Assembly: GCA_051252375.1 (NCBI GenBank)
Contig: JBPOFY010000012.1
Coordinates: 32,001 to 96,000, forward strand
Reading direction: 5' to 3'
Source of the DNA: Opitutaceae bacterium
GTDB taxonomy: Bacteria; Verrucomicrobiota; Verrucomicrobiia; Opitutales; Coraliomargaritaceae
DNA length: 64,000 bases
Made by a program: the position numbers and the translations under genes. Below are positions 35,601 to 44,320 of the stretch, in pieces (the first letter of the stretch is position 1; every line of letters starts with the position of its first letter). Below the pieces are notes generated by a model. It made no database searches. It worked only from the letters and a program-made list of their open reading frames with translations, and was not told where the DNA came from.

Positions 35601-36717
35601 TGATTTTAATGGAACGACTACCGAGGGTTTGATTCGTTTAAATTCGAATGGCACGGTTGATGATTCACTGATCTTACCTTTTGTCACTTCATGGACTACT
35701 CGAGTGCGCGGAATTTACGTTGAGCCTGATGGTAAATTAACGGTTGTCGGAGGCTTTTACCTCGGCGGTGGTGCGGATGGCTTCCGTTCAGGTATTGCTC
35801 GTCTGAATGCAGACGGCACTCGTGATGCTAGCTTTGATCCAGATGCTGGCTTACATTCGGATGGTGCCACATCGACCTTGAGCAGTGGCTATACTATAGC
35901 GCAGTTACCAGATGGCGATTACTTGGTTAGTGGTTTCTTTAGTGCGTATGATGAAAACGCAGTAGATGACTTTGTTCGCGTCAATAATGATGGGACATTT
36001 GATCGTGCTTATGGCACAGCATTTGATGATTATGTTCCTGTGATGTTAATTGAGCCCTTCGGTGCGGCTCTAGTCGGTGGATATTTTAATACACCAGTGA
36101 CGGATTTTTTAAGGATTAAAGAAGATTGGACAGAGGATGTAGATTTTCAATCTAGCGGAGGTCCTAGTAGCACGGTATATGCATTGGCGTATGCACCCGA
36201 TGGATCGTTCTGGGTGGGCGGTAACTTCTTTAACTACAACGGCAGCTCATCGCGCCCCATCGTTCGCCTAGCGAGTGGGGTGTCACCCTACGATTTCTGG
36301 GCGCAGGATAATTTCACCTTAGCTCAGATTGCTTCCGGTGATGCGGATCCTGATCAGGATCCAGATGGAGATGGCATTGTGAATCTCGGAGAGATGGCAT
36401 TGGGCACGGATCCTGATGTTGCCGATGCGAGCTCCGTCTTCGGTTCGGGTAATCTGAGTGGCTTATCGCTCGTGGATGTGTCTGGTAGCAACTACCTCCA
36501 AATGACGCTCGATAAGAGCGCCTTGAGCGGTGGTGTCTGGTATTGTGTGCAAGTGTCATCAGATCTGAGCACATGGAGCCCAGATCCAGCAGTTCCCGGG
36601 GATGAAACGGCGTTTGAGATTTTAGAAGACAGTGCCAGCCGCCTGATCATTCGTGATAAGACTCCGATCTCTGCGGGGAGTCCACGGTTCGTTCGAGTTG
36701 TGCTGAAAACACCTTAA
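32611..36717 (+). CDS. Large secreted zinc metalloprotease with two Calx-beta domains, delta-60 repeats and a Verrucomicrobia-type C-terminal domain
   Basis: HEFGHNYGLYH (HExxHxxGxxH) and EYGD.FD.MG; two 'V.Y.T..GSATAG.DY....GT....GD...E..EDF.L.LS.P' domains; 'Q.DG..IIGG/RLN..G..D..F' repeats; DPDGDG..NL.E...GTDP and VSSDLSTW. Confidence 0.85.
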   Translation: MPRLRSILLASTVALLIAFLVTNQLENVDSSSSPQAPVEVARLAPVEDFDAADVVDFREWQTAYRDAPKASQSSMLRHGIASAKARSEQMRELIMTDPAAALEQVVSLAEYAQLPEELLPYVEQPVSGYGDIDLEWATHVGTDRSLQCAHQNRLYFSGEQYALYGPDYRADQQPSLDVPIVAYLLDDLALMPAASLLPVSGVDIEAAKAIFGAAEQDGLDPITQQPIDTEVAAVIGGKVYQFSSREILDTVAAELEAAERATAETKQYTVKSPYAWLAGDSGGDEQGITESSYFADDNITVLFIRCDFSDFPGSPVSKLDLETDLATISGHLNTMSYGAASITASVTTTLYRATGSTYTTGVGYAQAGANSALYDDVVAAYDAAADFSASSAYDVVAIYFPKLTSVSGSQITYGGLASVGGSRHWINGLTTSSGRTEVITHEFGHNYGLYHANYWHPEQELGGSYKDPNGNSLEYGDIFDTMGNGNLAESHFSQYQKNKIDWIDDSKVQDVSVGGTYKVYRFDHIDADDNPLLALRVPLQDDVHYWVGFRQLYTSNANAFSGAYVVGEGLYTNRPNLIDMTPESEIAESSDRFDACLPVGSNYYDADSGVTLTAVSKGTDGAGDEWLNVTVDFESRFGIVQDPYEALENAGTVSVTVRRLYPEGAITVGYMTSNGSATAGLDYVADSGTLFWGIGDTSTRQITITLNEDSEIEGTEDFTITLSDPTPGVLINGEESVTVSILDYVSEVGLVSDFYEYDEAAGVAYVSVERLVSDSGSVSVDYATSDDSATAGSDYNATTGTVTWADGDSTGKKIAISIKPDTAVEGIEDFTLTLSNPVSGILASGQTTETVSILDPGQRYPSFTPDFFNNSVRAIGFQSDGRAIIGGTISHTSGDFSGAGNIVRLNSLGDVDPGFNSGGVGFNSDVDQIIVQSDDSILVRGSFTAYNGTTVPGLALLDSEGVLDATFNTNLGTAANASVYTIALEGDGHILVGGSFTDFNGTTTEGLIRLNSNGTVDDSLILPFVTSWTTRVRGIYVEPDGKLTVVGGFYLGGGADGFRSGIARLNADGTRDASFDPDAGLHSDGATSTLSSGYTIAQLPDGDYLVSGFFSAYDENAVDDFVRVNNDGTFDRAYGTAFDDYVPVMLIEPFGAALVGGYFNTPVTDFLRIKEDWTEDVDFQSSGGPSSTVYALAYAPDGSFWVGGNFFNYNGSSSRPIVRLASGVSPYDFWAQDNFTLAQIASGDADPDQDPDGDGIVNLGEMALGTDPDVADASSVFGSGNLSGLSLVDVSGSNYLQMTLDKSALSGGVWYCVQVSSDLSTWSPDPAVPGDETAFEILEDSASRLIIRDKTPISAGSPRFVRVVLKTP

Positions 36718-36766
36718 GCAGCTTCGGTCAGGTGTAACTGTTTGAGCACCGCGGCGATTGATTCAC
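36713..36766. repeat. 54-bp direct repeat, copy A (orphan copy of the monooxygenase 3' end)
   Basis: CTTAAGCAGCTTCGGTCAGGTGTAACTGTTTGAGCACCGCGGCGATTGATTCAC; 53/54 identical to 39192-39245. Confidence 0.95.
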
Positions 36767-39130
36767 TTACTTCGTTTGCACGCGGCAACGGAGGAAGTGT
36801 TTGTCTGCTCCCCCTTGCGCTAGCGCTAGGCGCACGACGACATTCCCAGCACTATTGGTGTTTCGGGAAAGATGTAGGTCTTCGGTATCCCAGCTGTTGA
36901 GGTCATCGCAGGCTTCAAAAATGAGTTCTAGATCGTCGGGAATGAGGCTTGGGTTGTAAGTCGCTTGAATGAATTGTTGGCCTTCGCTGTCCTCGTAGAG
37001 CTTGTAGTCTGGGGCATTGCCTCGACTGACGCGTGAAGTTGAAAGCCCGAATGCGCGCTCGACCAAGTCCGCTATCCCGTCTCCATCATGATCGGCGGTA
37101 TTGGCACCGTCGCCTATTTCGATGTGAACGATGCCAAGGTTAGAGTCTGTGCGGTTATCCATCGCGCAGTAGGTGAAAAGGTCGGTGCCGACAAAGCCAG
37201 GGTTTGGAGTGTAGGCGATTAGCGCTCCGGAGATGGCGAGTGTGCCGTGGCTCGGTGGGCTGATGATGCGGTAGCTCAAGTCCGCGGTGTCGGCATCTGT
37301 CCCGAGTAGCGTGGCGCCGGCAGTTGTATCCGCAGCGGTGAGTAAACTAAAGTTTTGGACCGTGGGTTTGGCTTGTCGGAAGTGGTCGCTCTCGTTCGGC
37401 CCCGCGTGGCAGTCGTAGCAACTCACACGTTGCCCTTGCCAATAAGTGATGGTTGGGCCGCCTTTTTGGGTGTTGAGTGTGCGTGGTCCGAGTGCTTGCG
37501 AGAGCACGCCACCAGTGAGACCTAGTCCATGGCATGCTTTGCATTGGGTGGCGTCGCGGCTATCATTGTTTTCCGGTATCACATCGTGGTGTTCCTCCAC
37601 CCACCAGTTGCCGATGCCATGCATACCATGGGGGCCCCCATCGATGGTTCGAGTGCGGGCGGTGTCGTTCTGGTGGCAAGACGAGCAGTCTCCGATCGTG
37701 CCGATATGCCCTTGGATGGCGAGTGACTGTAAATTGTCGTTTCGTTCCGAAGTGGGGTAGATCGCGTGGGGCGAACCGTGGCAGGCGGAGCATTTCATAT
37801 CTCCATGCCCTTTTGAAAAACGGAAGAGTGAGATGCCTGGAGCAGGCGTGTCCGGGTTGGTGGCAAAGCGCGCATCGGCTGGCACTCGCTCGTTACCTTC
37901 GTTGTCGAATGAGCTGGTGAAGCGAACTGCTCCGGAGTGGTTGGTATAAGTGCCGGTGTGGCAGCTTTGACAGTTTGGTTCATCAAACCAACCAGTGCGC
38001 GTGTTGGCGCCGACAGTTTCCATGTTACCGTGGCAACTCTGGCAGGACATCAACGGCTGTCCGAAAGCATCGGAGGTGCGGCCCATCGCTCCACGTAAGC
38101 AGCGGGTTTCTTTGCCCGGATGGCATTGGTAGCAACTCGTGCGGTTCTCCGATGCATTCATTAATAGGCCAGTTATCGGGTCGGCCACATCGCTGTGTCC
38201 GGCGTGCATGGCTTGGGTGAGGGGAGGGACACCATCACTGCCATTCGTTGAGAGTGCGTTGCTGGCATGGCATGATGCGCAAAGAATGGCTCGGCTGTCG
38301 TTGGTGACGGTGTGGGCGAGTCCACTCAAGTTGTAGCCATGCTCAGCAAGGGCATCGAGGTAAACGGTCTCGGTTAGATGCTTACTGTCATGTAGGCGCA
38401 GAATGTTCATTCTATAATCCCGCACCGGATCGGGGTCGTTCTGCCATCCACTCGTAGGCATTGCAGCAGCACTCGCATTTGAGGCATGGCAACTCACGCA
38501 GTTCATTTCAGCAGAGACGGGTGCAGTTACGACAGTTTCGGCGAGCAGTGTGCCGTCGATTTGGCGGGCGGTGACGCGGATAAGTGGGTATGCTTGTGTA
38601 TCGCCCCATTTATCCGTTGGAATAATGGGGATGCCTTCGGCGGTCCACCATTCGTGGGTGTCATTCCAATGCATGGGTTGGGGGTTGTTATTCACACCTG
38701 GCATCTTGTTGGCAAACAGCCCTGTGTCGTTCGCCATAGTGGCACCAAAAAGCTCATCCGCATGCTCCCAGAAATTGGTGCCGGTTGAGGAGGTCTTGGT
38801 TTCTGAACCATCCGGATCGGTCGCCGCTTGATAGAAAAGTTCTATACCTGCGGTGCCCGTGATGCGGTTGCCATTCCGGTCGATCAATTGCGCATTGAGT
38901 GTATTGAAAGGCGGTAGGATCGCAAATACGGCAAAATCTTCATCCATGCAGTGCATGCCGAGGTCATTCCAAGTCATCAAAGTCCAACCGGAATTGATTT
39001 CAGGCTCAGAAGCAGTCTCCAGTCCCCACGCATAGCTACATGCCAATGCGATGACAACTGTTGCCCCTAAGGGCTGTATCCATCGTTTCATTGCAGGCTG
39101 GAATATAGCTTTTCGATCGAGTCGCGGCAA
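36767..39130 (-). CDS. Secreted multiheme c-type cytochrome (9 CxxCH) with Ig/cadherin-like and C-terminal domains
   Basis: CVSCH, CASCH, CYQCH, CQSCH x2, CSACH, CSSCH, CKACH, CYDCH; WNDLGMHC; P.HGTL...YTPNPGFVGTD.FTY; DHDGDG..D..E; real start probably MKRWIQ with signal peptide. Confidence 0.88.
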   Translation of the reverse strand: MPRLDRKAIFQPAMKRWIQPLGATVVIALACSYAWGLETASEPEINSGWTLMTWNDLGMHCMDEDFAVFAILPPFNTLNAQLIDRNGNRITGTAGIELFYQAATDPDGSETKTSSTGTNFWEHADELFGATMANDTGLFANKMPGVNNNPQPMHWNDTHEWWTAEGIPIIPTDKWGDTQAYPLIRVTARQIDGTLLAETVVTAPVSAEMNCVSCHASNASAAAMPTSGWQNDPDPVRDYRMNILRLHDSKHLTETVYLDALAEHGYNLSGLAHTVTNDSRAILCASCHASNALSTNGSDGVPPLTQAMHAGHSDVADPITGLLMNASENRTSCYQCHPGKETRCLRGAMGRTSDAFGQPLMSCQSCHGNMETVGANTRTGWFDEPNCQSCHTGTYTNHSGAVRFTSSFDNEGNERVPADARFATNPDTPAPGISLFRFSKGHGDMKCSACHGSPHAIYPTSERNDNLQSLAIQGHIGTIGDCSSCHQNDTARTRTIDGGPHGMHGIGNWWVEEHHDVIPENNDSRDATQCKACHGLGLTGGVLSQALGPRTLNTQKGGPTITYWQGQRVSCYDCHAGPNESDHFRQAKPTVQNFSLLTAADTTAGATLLGTDADTADLSYRIISPPSHGTLAISGALIAYTPNPGFVGTDLFTYCAMDNRTDSNLGIVHIEIGDGANTADHDGDGIADLVERAFGLSTSRVSRGNAPDYKLYEDSEGQQFIQATYNPSLIPDDLELIFEACDDLNSWDTEDLHLSRNTNSAGNVVVRLALAQGGADKHFLRCRVQTK

Positions 39131-39191
39131 GGTCGCGCTCGCGCGTAAGGTGCGATATTAGAATGAGGAATGAGGTGTCTTAGTAATCGTG

Positions 39192-39245
39192 CTTAAGCAG
39201 CTTCGGTCAGGTGTAACTGTTTGAGCACCGCGGCGAGTGATTCAC
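39192..39245. repeat. 54-bp direct repeat, copy B (current 3' end of the monooxygenase)
   Basis: CTTAAGCAGCTTCGGTCAGGTGTAACTGTTTGAGCACCGCGGCGAGTGATTCAC. Confidence 0.95.
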
Positions 39246-40458
39246 CTGAAGCGGGGATATTCCCGATGACATTCTCTCGGTGTTCGAGTAGCCAAGCGGC
39301 GGTGGCATCGTGTCCTATAATATGATGGTTCATGTCGAGCAGGCGCTGCCATTCACCCATCCGATCAGCATTGTAGGCGTGTAGGCGGAACTGGCGCACG
39401 TCGTCGCTATCGTCAGTGCACAAGCGTTTGGCTAGATCGGCGGCTTCGTGCATGCCGACATTCATGCTGAGAATACCTGCGGGAGGTGCCATGTGGGCGG
39501 CGTCGCCAGCGAGCCAAATACGATCCTTGCCGAACTGATCCGCGAGGTGTTTTTCGAAGTGCACCATGGCCCGCCATTTCACGTCGTCTGAAGAGCCGAT
39601 AAACCAAGGGGCGTGTTTTTCTAATAAGTGATCGAGGTGCAGGTTGCTTAGTTCCGGCGCATGTTGCGCTTTGTGGTCGATCAACTCATGGTCCTTATTC
39701 AGTGACGCATTTTCTGCAAACCCCGGTTCCATTTGGAAACTGAAACGACACCGACCATCACCCAGTGGCCAGTAGATGTGCGTTTTGTTGGCCTCCACGA
39801 TCATCCGCATTTCCGTCAATAACCGTGCATTGGTCTCAAACTCAAAAATCGCGTAGTCCATGCTGCGTGCGATTTCTGGGTAGATGATCCCCGCGGCACG
39901 GCGTGCCATCGAATTGTAACCATCTGCGGCAATGAGGTAGTTCGCTTTGTATTCGAAGATCTTGTCGATCTCCGTTTCCATATGAGCGACGGCATAGCCA
40001 GTCATGCCCTCAGTCAATCGGTCGACGGTGAATGCGACATGGTCTGGGTTCGGTTCGATACAGCGGGCGCGGTGCCTCCATAGAGGGTGGTGACCTTTAT
40101 CTGCCAAGGTTTTGACCAAGATGTCTTCCAATTCGTTTTGCCCAATCACCGCAAGGAACGGATATTTTACAGGCAACTCACCGTAGTCGATGACTGCACG
40201 TTGCTTCTGTGTCTCGTCAAAAATTGTCGACCGTCGAATGCGGTGCGCATTTTTCAAGATCGGATCGATGATGCCGAGCGTATCGAGTAGTTCCAGTGTC
40301 TCGGGGTGCAGAGCCAATGCGTAGCTGTGAATATTCGCTCTTTTTTCTCGGTCGAGGAGAACAAAATCCATGCCTTCATCGGCAAGGGTATGAGCGGCAG
40401 TTAGTCCGACGGGGCCAGCGCCAAGGACTGCGATATCGACTGATTTGTGATTAAACAT
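39193..40458 (-). CDS. FAD-dependent monooxygenase (FAD_binding_3 family)
   Basis: GAGPVG, ADG..S..R, RIWLAGDAAH..PP.G...MN.G. Confidence 0.88.
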   Translation of the reverse strand: MFNHKSVDIAVLGAGPVGLTAAHTLADEGMDFVLLDREKRANIHSYALALHPETLELLDTLGIIDPILKNAHRIRRSTIFDETQKQRAVIDYGELPVKYPFLAVIGQNELEDILVKTLADKGHHPLWRHRARCIEPNPDHVAFTVDRLTEGMTGYAVAHMETEIDKIFEYKANYLIAADGYNSMARRAAGIIYPEIARSMDYAIFEFETNARLLTEMRMIVEANKTHIYWPLGDGRCRFSFQMEPGFAENASLNKDHELIDHKAQHAPELSNLHLDHLLEKHAPWFIGSSDDVKWRAMVHFEKHLADQFGKDRIWLAGDAAHMAPPAGILSMNVGMHEAADLAKRLCTDDSDDVRQFRLHAYNADRMGEWQRLLDMNHHIIGHDATAAWLLEHRENVIGNIPASGESLAAVLKQLHLTEAA

Positions 40459-40638
40459 GACATCTGGGGTTCGGGGTGAGTGGATACTTCAGTGCTTTGC
40501 TTTCGCGCTGAAGCTATCCTAAGAAAAACCGTTCCGAAGGTCAATCGTGATTTCGGCGAAAACGCCGCTATTAGCCCGAACCGCGGGTCTATCGTGGTCG
40601 CCTAATTTAGGCGGCTATACTCGCTGGGCAGCGAGAAG

Positions 40639-40929
40639 TCACTCTGTCACGTCCCGATTTCGAATCAGCACTTTTCCTTCGTAAATCCAGCGATACGGGC
40701 GTGTGCTGCCGCGTGTGATCTGGATACGACTGAACTCCACCGCCTTTTGTTTTTCATCTACCATGACTGGGCAGAGAAAAGTATCTTCCGGCCAGATTTC
40801 TGGATCGGGTAGTTCCTTCGCAGCGGTGTTGATTTGGGTCAAATTAGGGATGAATTTGGCGCTGGAGGACCGGCTAGATTTGGTTCGTGAGCTAGAGCTA
40901 CGGCTAGAGCGTGAGGATTTTGAAGTCAT
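40639..40929 (-). CDS. Hypothetical protein with Ser/Arg-rich N-terminus
   Basis: 96 aa ORF; MTSKSSRSSRSSSSRTKSSRSSS followed by a small globular domain. Confidence 0.65.
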   Translation of the reverse strand: MTSKSSRSSRSSSSRTKSSRSSSAKFIPNLTQINTAAKELPDPEIWPEDTFLCPVMVDEKQKAVEFSRIQITRGSTRPYRWIYEGKVLIRNRDVTE

Positions 40930-41130
40930 GTCGGATTGGCAATGATGTTAGGTGCATGAAACTTGCAGAGAATGGTGGGCAAATAAATCAAAAACTCACT
41001 CAAGCCATGCTCTGTAGTCGATTTGAATGCATCAGAGAAGGCTGGGGTGGCGCATATTACTTTCGGAATGATGAATTTTCACTTGATTTCAGGCGCTTCC
41101 TGCAATTACTTGCGCCATTGTTATTTACAA

Positions 41131-41204
<74 letters not shown>

Positions 41205-41327
41205 CTTTTTAAAACCGTCTCAGAGCATCTCTGGGGCGGTTTTTTACTTTCTTCCAAAGTTGTAGTTAGAAACCAATCTTCGCTTGACTTGCCGTTTGGT
41301 AACCTTTTCCTACGCTCTTTCTTATTT

Positions 41328-41402
<75 letters not shown>

Positions 41403-41413
41403 TTTTTTAGATT

Positions 41414-41444
41414 AAAGCCTTCCGGACTTTCGGGAGGCTTTTTT
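41414..41444 (+). terminator. Rho-independent terminator after the tRNAs
   Basis: AAAGCCTTCCGGA-CTT-TCGGGAGGCTTTTTT. Confidence 0.85.
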
Positions 41445-41536
41445 CGTTTTGAAGCCGCATGGAGGGCAGCTTTGAACTGCTGGAAGTGGTCCGGTCCGTT
41501 TCACGTCTGGTCATGTCGTCGCTTCGCTCCTCGGAA

Positions 41537-41550
41537 TTGGCACCATTTTT
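41537..41550 (+). repeat. Duplicate of the tRNA 3' end (att-like)
   Basis: TTGGCACCATTTTT at 41394-41407 and again at 41537-41550. Confidence 0.7.
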
Positions 41551-41632
41551 CAAAGATTGGTTTAGTCTTGCGAATAAGGCAGACACTCAGCCCTTGACCT
41601 ATACATTTGTTCACTGATATGCTCTCCCAATC

Positions 41633-42514
41633 ATGAGCAAAAAAAATATCAAACCTTTTGGTGGGGCATGGTCGGACGCAAAGCTTATAGCCCTTAGCGC
41701 ATACCTTGAAGCTTACACCCATGCTCTCAAGAACAAGCCCTTCAAGCTCGCCTACATCGATGCATTTGCAGGAGCAGGGCTAAGAGACGTCAAGGAAGCC
41801 CAAGAAGGTTGGTTTAATGATGAATTCATCGAAGAAGATAAGCAGTATCGACATGGTTCCCCGTTGATAGCCCTTTCAAATAAGCCAAAGTTCCAAACAC
41901 TCATATTTATAGAAAAAGATGCGGTCTCGCTTAACAAACTACAGGAGCAGATAGAAACGCTCCCCGAAGCCAAAGAACGAGACATCCACTTCCTGCAAGG
42001 AGACGCTAATACACAACTCCAAGCCCTAATGAAACGAAATTGGTCAGGGAGGCGAGCTGTCGCATTCCTAGACCCCTTCGCCCTGGAGGTGAACTGGGAC
42101 ACCATCGAGCATATCGCCAAAACAGAAGCAGTTGACATGTGGCTCCTATTCCCAGCAATGGCTGTAAATCGCATGTTGCCAAAATCTGGAAAAATACCAC
42201 CGCAATGGACAGAGCGGCTAAACCGCCTGTTCGGAACAAACGATTGGCAAGAAATATTCTACACAAAAGACCAACCAGATTTGTTCGGCGACGAGCAAAT
42301 AAGTAAGACCCCTAAAGTATTTGAGCTATTAAGCGAATATGTCACACAACGTCTCAAGAGCGTTTTTGCAGGAACACACAAGTCCCCTCTCATTCTGAGG
42401 AACAGCTCAGGTGCGCCACTATTCCTACTCTGCTTTGCAAGCGGAAACCCCAGAGGCGCACCAATTGCGACTCGCATAGCACAGCATATTATTAATTCTA
42501 CTCTCAATGGCTAA
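41633..42514 (+). CDS. tcmP: Three-Cys-motif partner protein (TcmP), Rossmann SAM-MTase-like
   Basis: G.WS..KL..L..YL..Y, YIDAFAG.G, GSP..AL, FIE.D, GDAN, AFLDPF....W.T. Confidence 0.85.
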   Translation: MSKKNIKPFGGAWSDAKLIALSAYLEAYTHALKNKPFKLAYIDAFAGAGLRDVKEAQEGWFNDEFIEEDKQYRHGSPLIALSNKPKFQTLIFIEKDAVSLNKLQEQIETLPEAKERDIHFLQGDANTQLQALMKRNWSGRRAVAFLDPFALEVNWDTIEHIAKTEAVDMWLLFPAMAVNRMLPKSGKIPPQWTERLNRLFGTNDWQEIFYTKDQPDLFGDEQISKTPKVFELLSEYVTQRLKSVFAGTHKSPLILRNSSGAPLFLLCFASGNPRGAPIATRIAQHIINSTLNG

Positions 42515-43328
42515 AAATTCCAAAATCGAATGGACTCACCACACGTTCAACCCTTGGTGGGGCTGTGCGAAAGTTTCCCCGGCATGCACCAACTGCTACG
42601 CCGAAACATGGGCGAAAAGAACAGGTAATCAGGTCTGGGGAGGCTCAGCACCTCGCCGGTTCTTCACAGACAGACATTGGAGTGAGCCGTTGGCGTGGAA
42701 CGAAGATGCCAAGAAGCATGGCGAGAGAAGGCGAGTCTTTTGCGCCTCCATGGCGGACGTATTTGAACGCCGAGCAGACTTAAAAGTATGGAGAGTTCGT
42801 TTATGGGAATTAATAAAAAAGACTCCGCATCTAGATTGGCTCATACTTACAAAGCGCCCTCACAACATTGAATCAATGGTTCCATGGCCAAACGATGAAT
42901 GGCCTGACAATATCTGGCTGGGAACCACAGTTGAAAATCAACATTGGGCAGATAAGCGTTTACCTGAATTGGCGAAGCATGCGGCAAAAGTAAGGTTCCT
43001 GAGCTGCGAGCCTTTACTCGGCAATATTGATCTTCGATCTTGGATGCAAGATGGCGTCATAAACTGGGTAATTGCAGGGGGCGAGAGCGGTCCAAAATCT
43101 CGCCCAATGAGTCCCAATTGGGTGCGCTCTTTACGTGACCAGTGCATCGAAAAAGAAGTCGCATTTCACTTTAAACAATGGGGGCATTGGGCACCCACAG
43201 AGCTGTTAACAGTGGAGCAGAAAAAAACACTGATATTCGATGACTATGAAATGGCTGCTGCTGGCAAAAAGAAAGCAGGGCGTGACCTCGACGGTCGAAC
43301 ATGGGATCAATTGCCTAAAAGCGCCTAA
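42507..43328 (+). CDS. DUF5131 / phage Gp37Gp68 family protein (Cx6Cx2C, radical-SAM-like)
   Basis: SKIEWT..TFNPW.GC.KVS..C.NCYA, VFCASM.D.F, LTKRP, FLSCEPLL, WVI.GGESG, F.FKQWG. Confidence 0.92.
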   Translation: MAKNSKIEWTHHTFNPWWGCAKVSPACTNCYAETWAKRTGNQVWGGSAPRRFFTDRHWSEPLAWNEDAKKHGERRRVFCASMADVFERRADLKVWRVRLWELIKKTPHLDWLILTKRPHNIESMVPWPNDEWPDNIWLGTTVENQHWADKRLPELAKHAAKVRFLSCEPLLGNIDLRSWMQDGVINWVIAGGESGPKSRPMSPNWVRSLRDQCIEKEVAFHFKQWGHWAPTELLTVEQKKTLIFDDYEMAAAGKKKAGRDLDGRTWDQLPKSA

Positions 43329-43334
43329 GAGAAT

Positions 43335-44249
43335 ATGGAGGACGACAATTTTTTATTTAACATGGATGACCTCCCAGCAAGAGAGGCAGCGTTAAAATTT
43401 AATAATATAACCATCCCACTTTGGACAAAAAACAAAGCGCTATTTATTGCTCGTTACTTAAAGACCTTCACGTTTGTTACTAAGCATGGAACATATCTCG
43501 ACGCCTTTGCAGGACCTCAACACGAAGACAGCCGAGATAGCTCATGGGCAGCAAAACTTGTATTAGAAAATGAACCCGCATGGCTAAGAAAATTTCACCT
43601 CTTCGACCTAAAGCTGCCGCAAATCGAACATCTTCATAATCTGAGGAAATCTCACTTTAAAAGTAATCCTGAATTAACAAAAAAAAGACTAATTGAAGTC
43701 TATCAAGGAGATTGTAACGATACTCTCCCTCAATTCCTAAAGGACAACCCCATTGGCGACAAAGAAGCCACATTCTGCCTCCTAGACCAACGATCAACTG
43801 AATGTAACTGGGAAACGGTTCGACAAGTCGCTGAGCATAAATCGCGACCCGGAGTGAACAAAATCGAGATATTCTATTTCTTTGCTCAAGGGTGGATTGA
43901 TAGAACCCTTAAAAGCTGGAGAAATGACGTAGAAAAACGTCACATTAAGTGGTGGGGCAAAGATGACGTGTTGGATTTTTTAAAGTTAAGTAGTCATGAA
44001 CGCGGAATTCATTTGGCTGAGCGATTTAAAGAAGAATTTGGCTATAAGTATTGCTACCCATTCCCCATTCAAAAAGAAGGCGAACGAGGCGCTATTATGT
44101 TTTGGATGATTCATGCAAGCGACCACAGAAGAGCACCGAGCCTAATGCATAGCGCGTATCGCCATATTGGAGCAGGCGGTGGACTGAATGACCCAGACGC
44201 TCAACATTTAATGCCATTCTTTAAAGAAACCGATGGAGAAAAAGACTAA
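43335..44249 (+). CDS. Second, divergent TcmP-like protein
   Basis: WT..K...I..YL..F, YLDAFAGP, QGDCN, FCLLDQR....W.TV, MIHASDH..A..LM. Confidence 0.75.
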   Translation: MEDDNFLFNMDDLPAREAALKFNNITIPLWTKNKALFIARYLKTFTFVTKHGTYLDAFAGPQHEDSRDSSWAAKLVLENEPAWLRKFHLFDLKLPQIEHLHNLRKSHFKSNPELTKKRLIEVYQGDCNDTLPQFLKDNPIGDKEATFCLLDQRSTECNWETVRQVAEHKSRPGVNKIEIFYFFAQGWIDRTLKSWRNDVEKRHIKWWGKDDVLDFLKLSSHERGIHLAERFKEEFGYKYCYPFPIQKEGERGAIMFWMIHASDHRRAPSLMHSAYRHIGAGGGLNDPDAQHLMPFFKETDGEKD

Positions 44250-44320
44250 AAGTATCGCGATTAAATGGTCATGCGACCGAAGGAACGCAGATGGAATTAT
44301 CGAAAAAGTATTAGGGTAAT

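Noticed and set aside
42507..43328. Prophage, based on the 'phage Gp37Gp68' family name
   Set aside because: No structural, terminase, integrase or replication genes nearby
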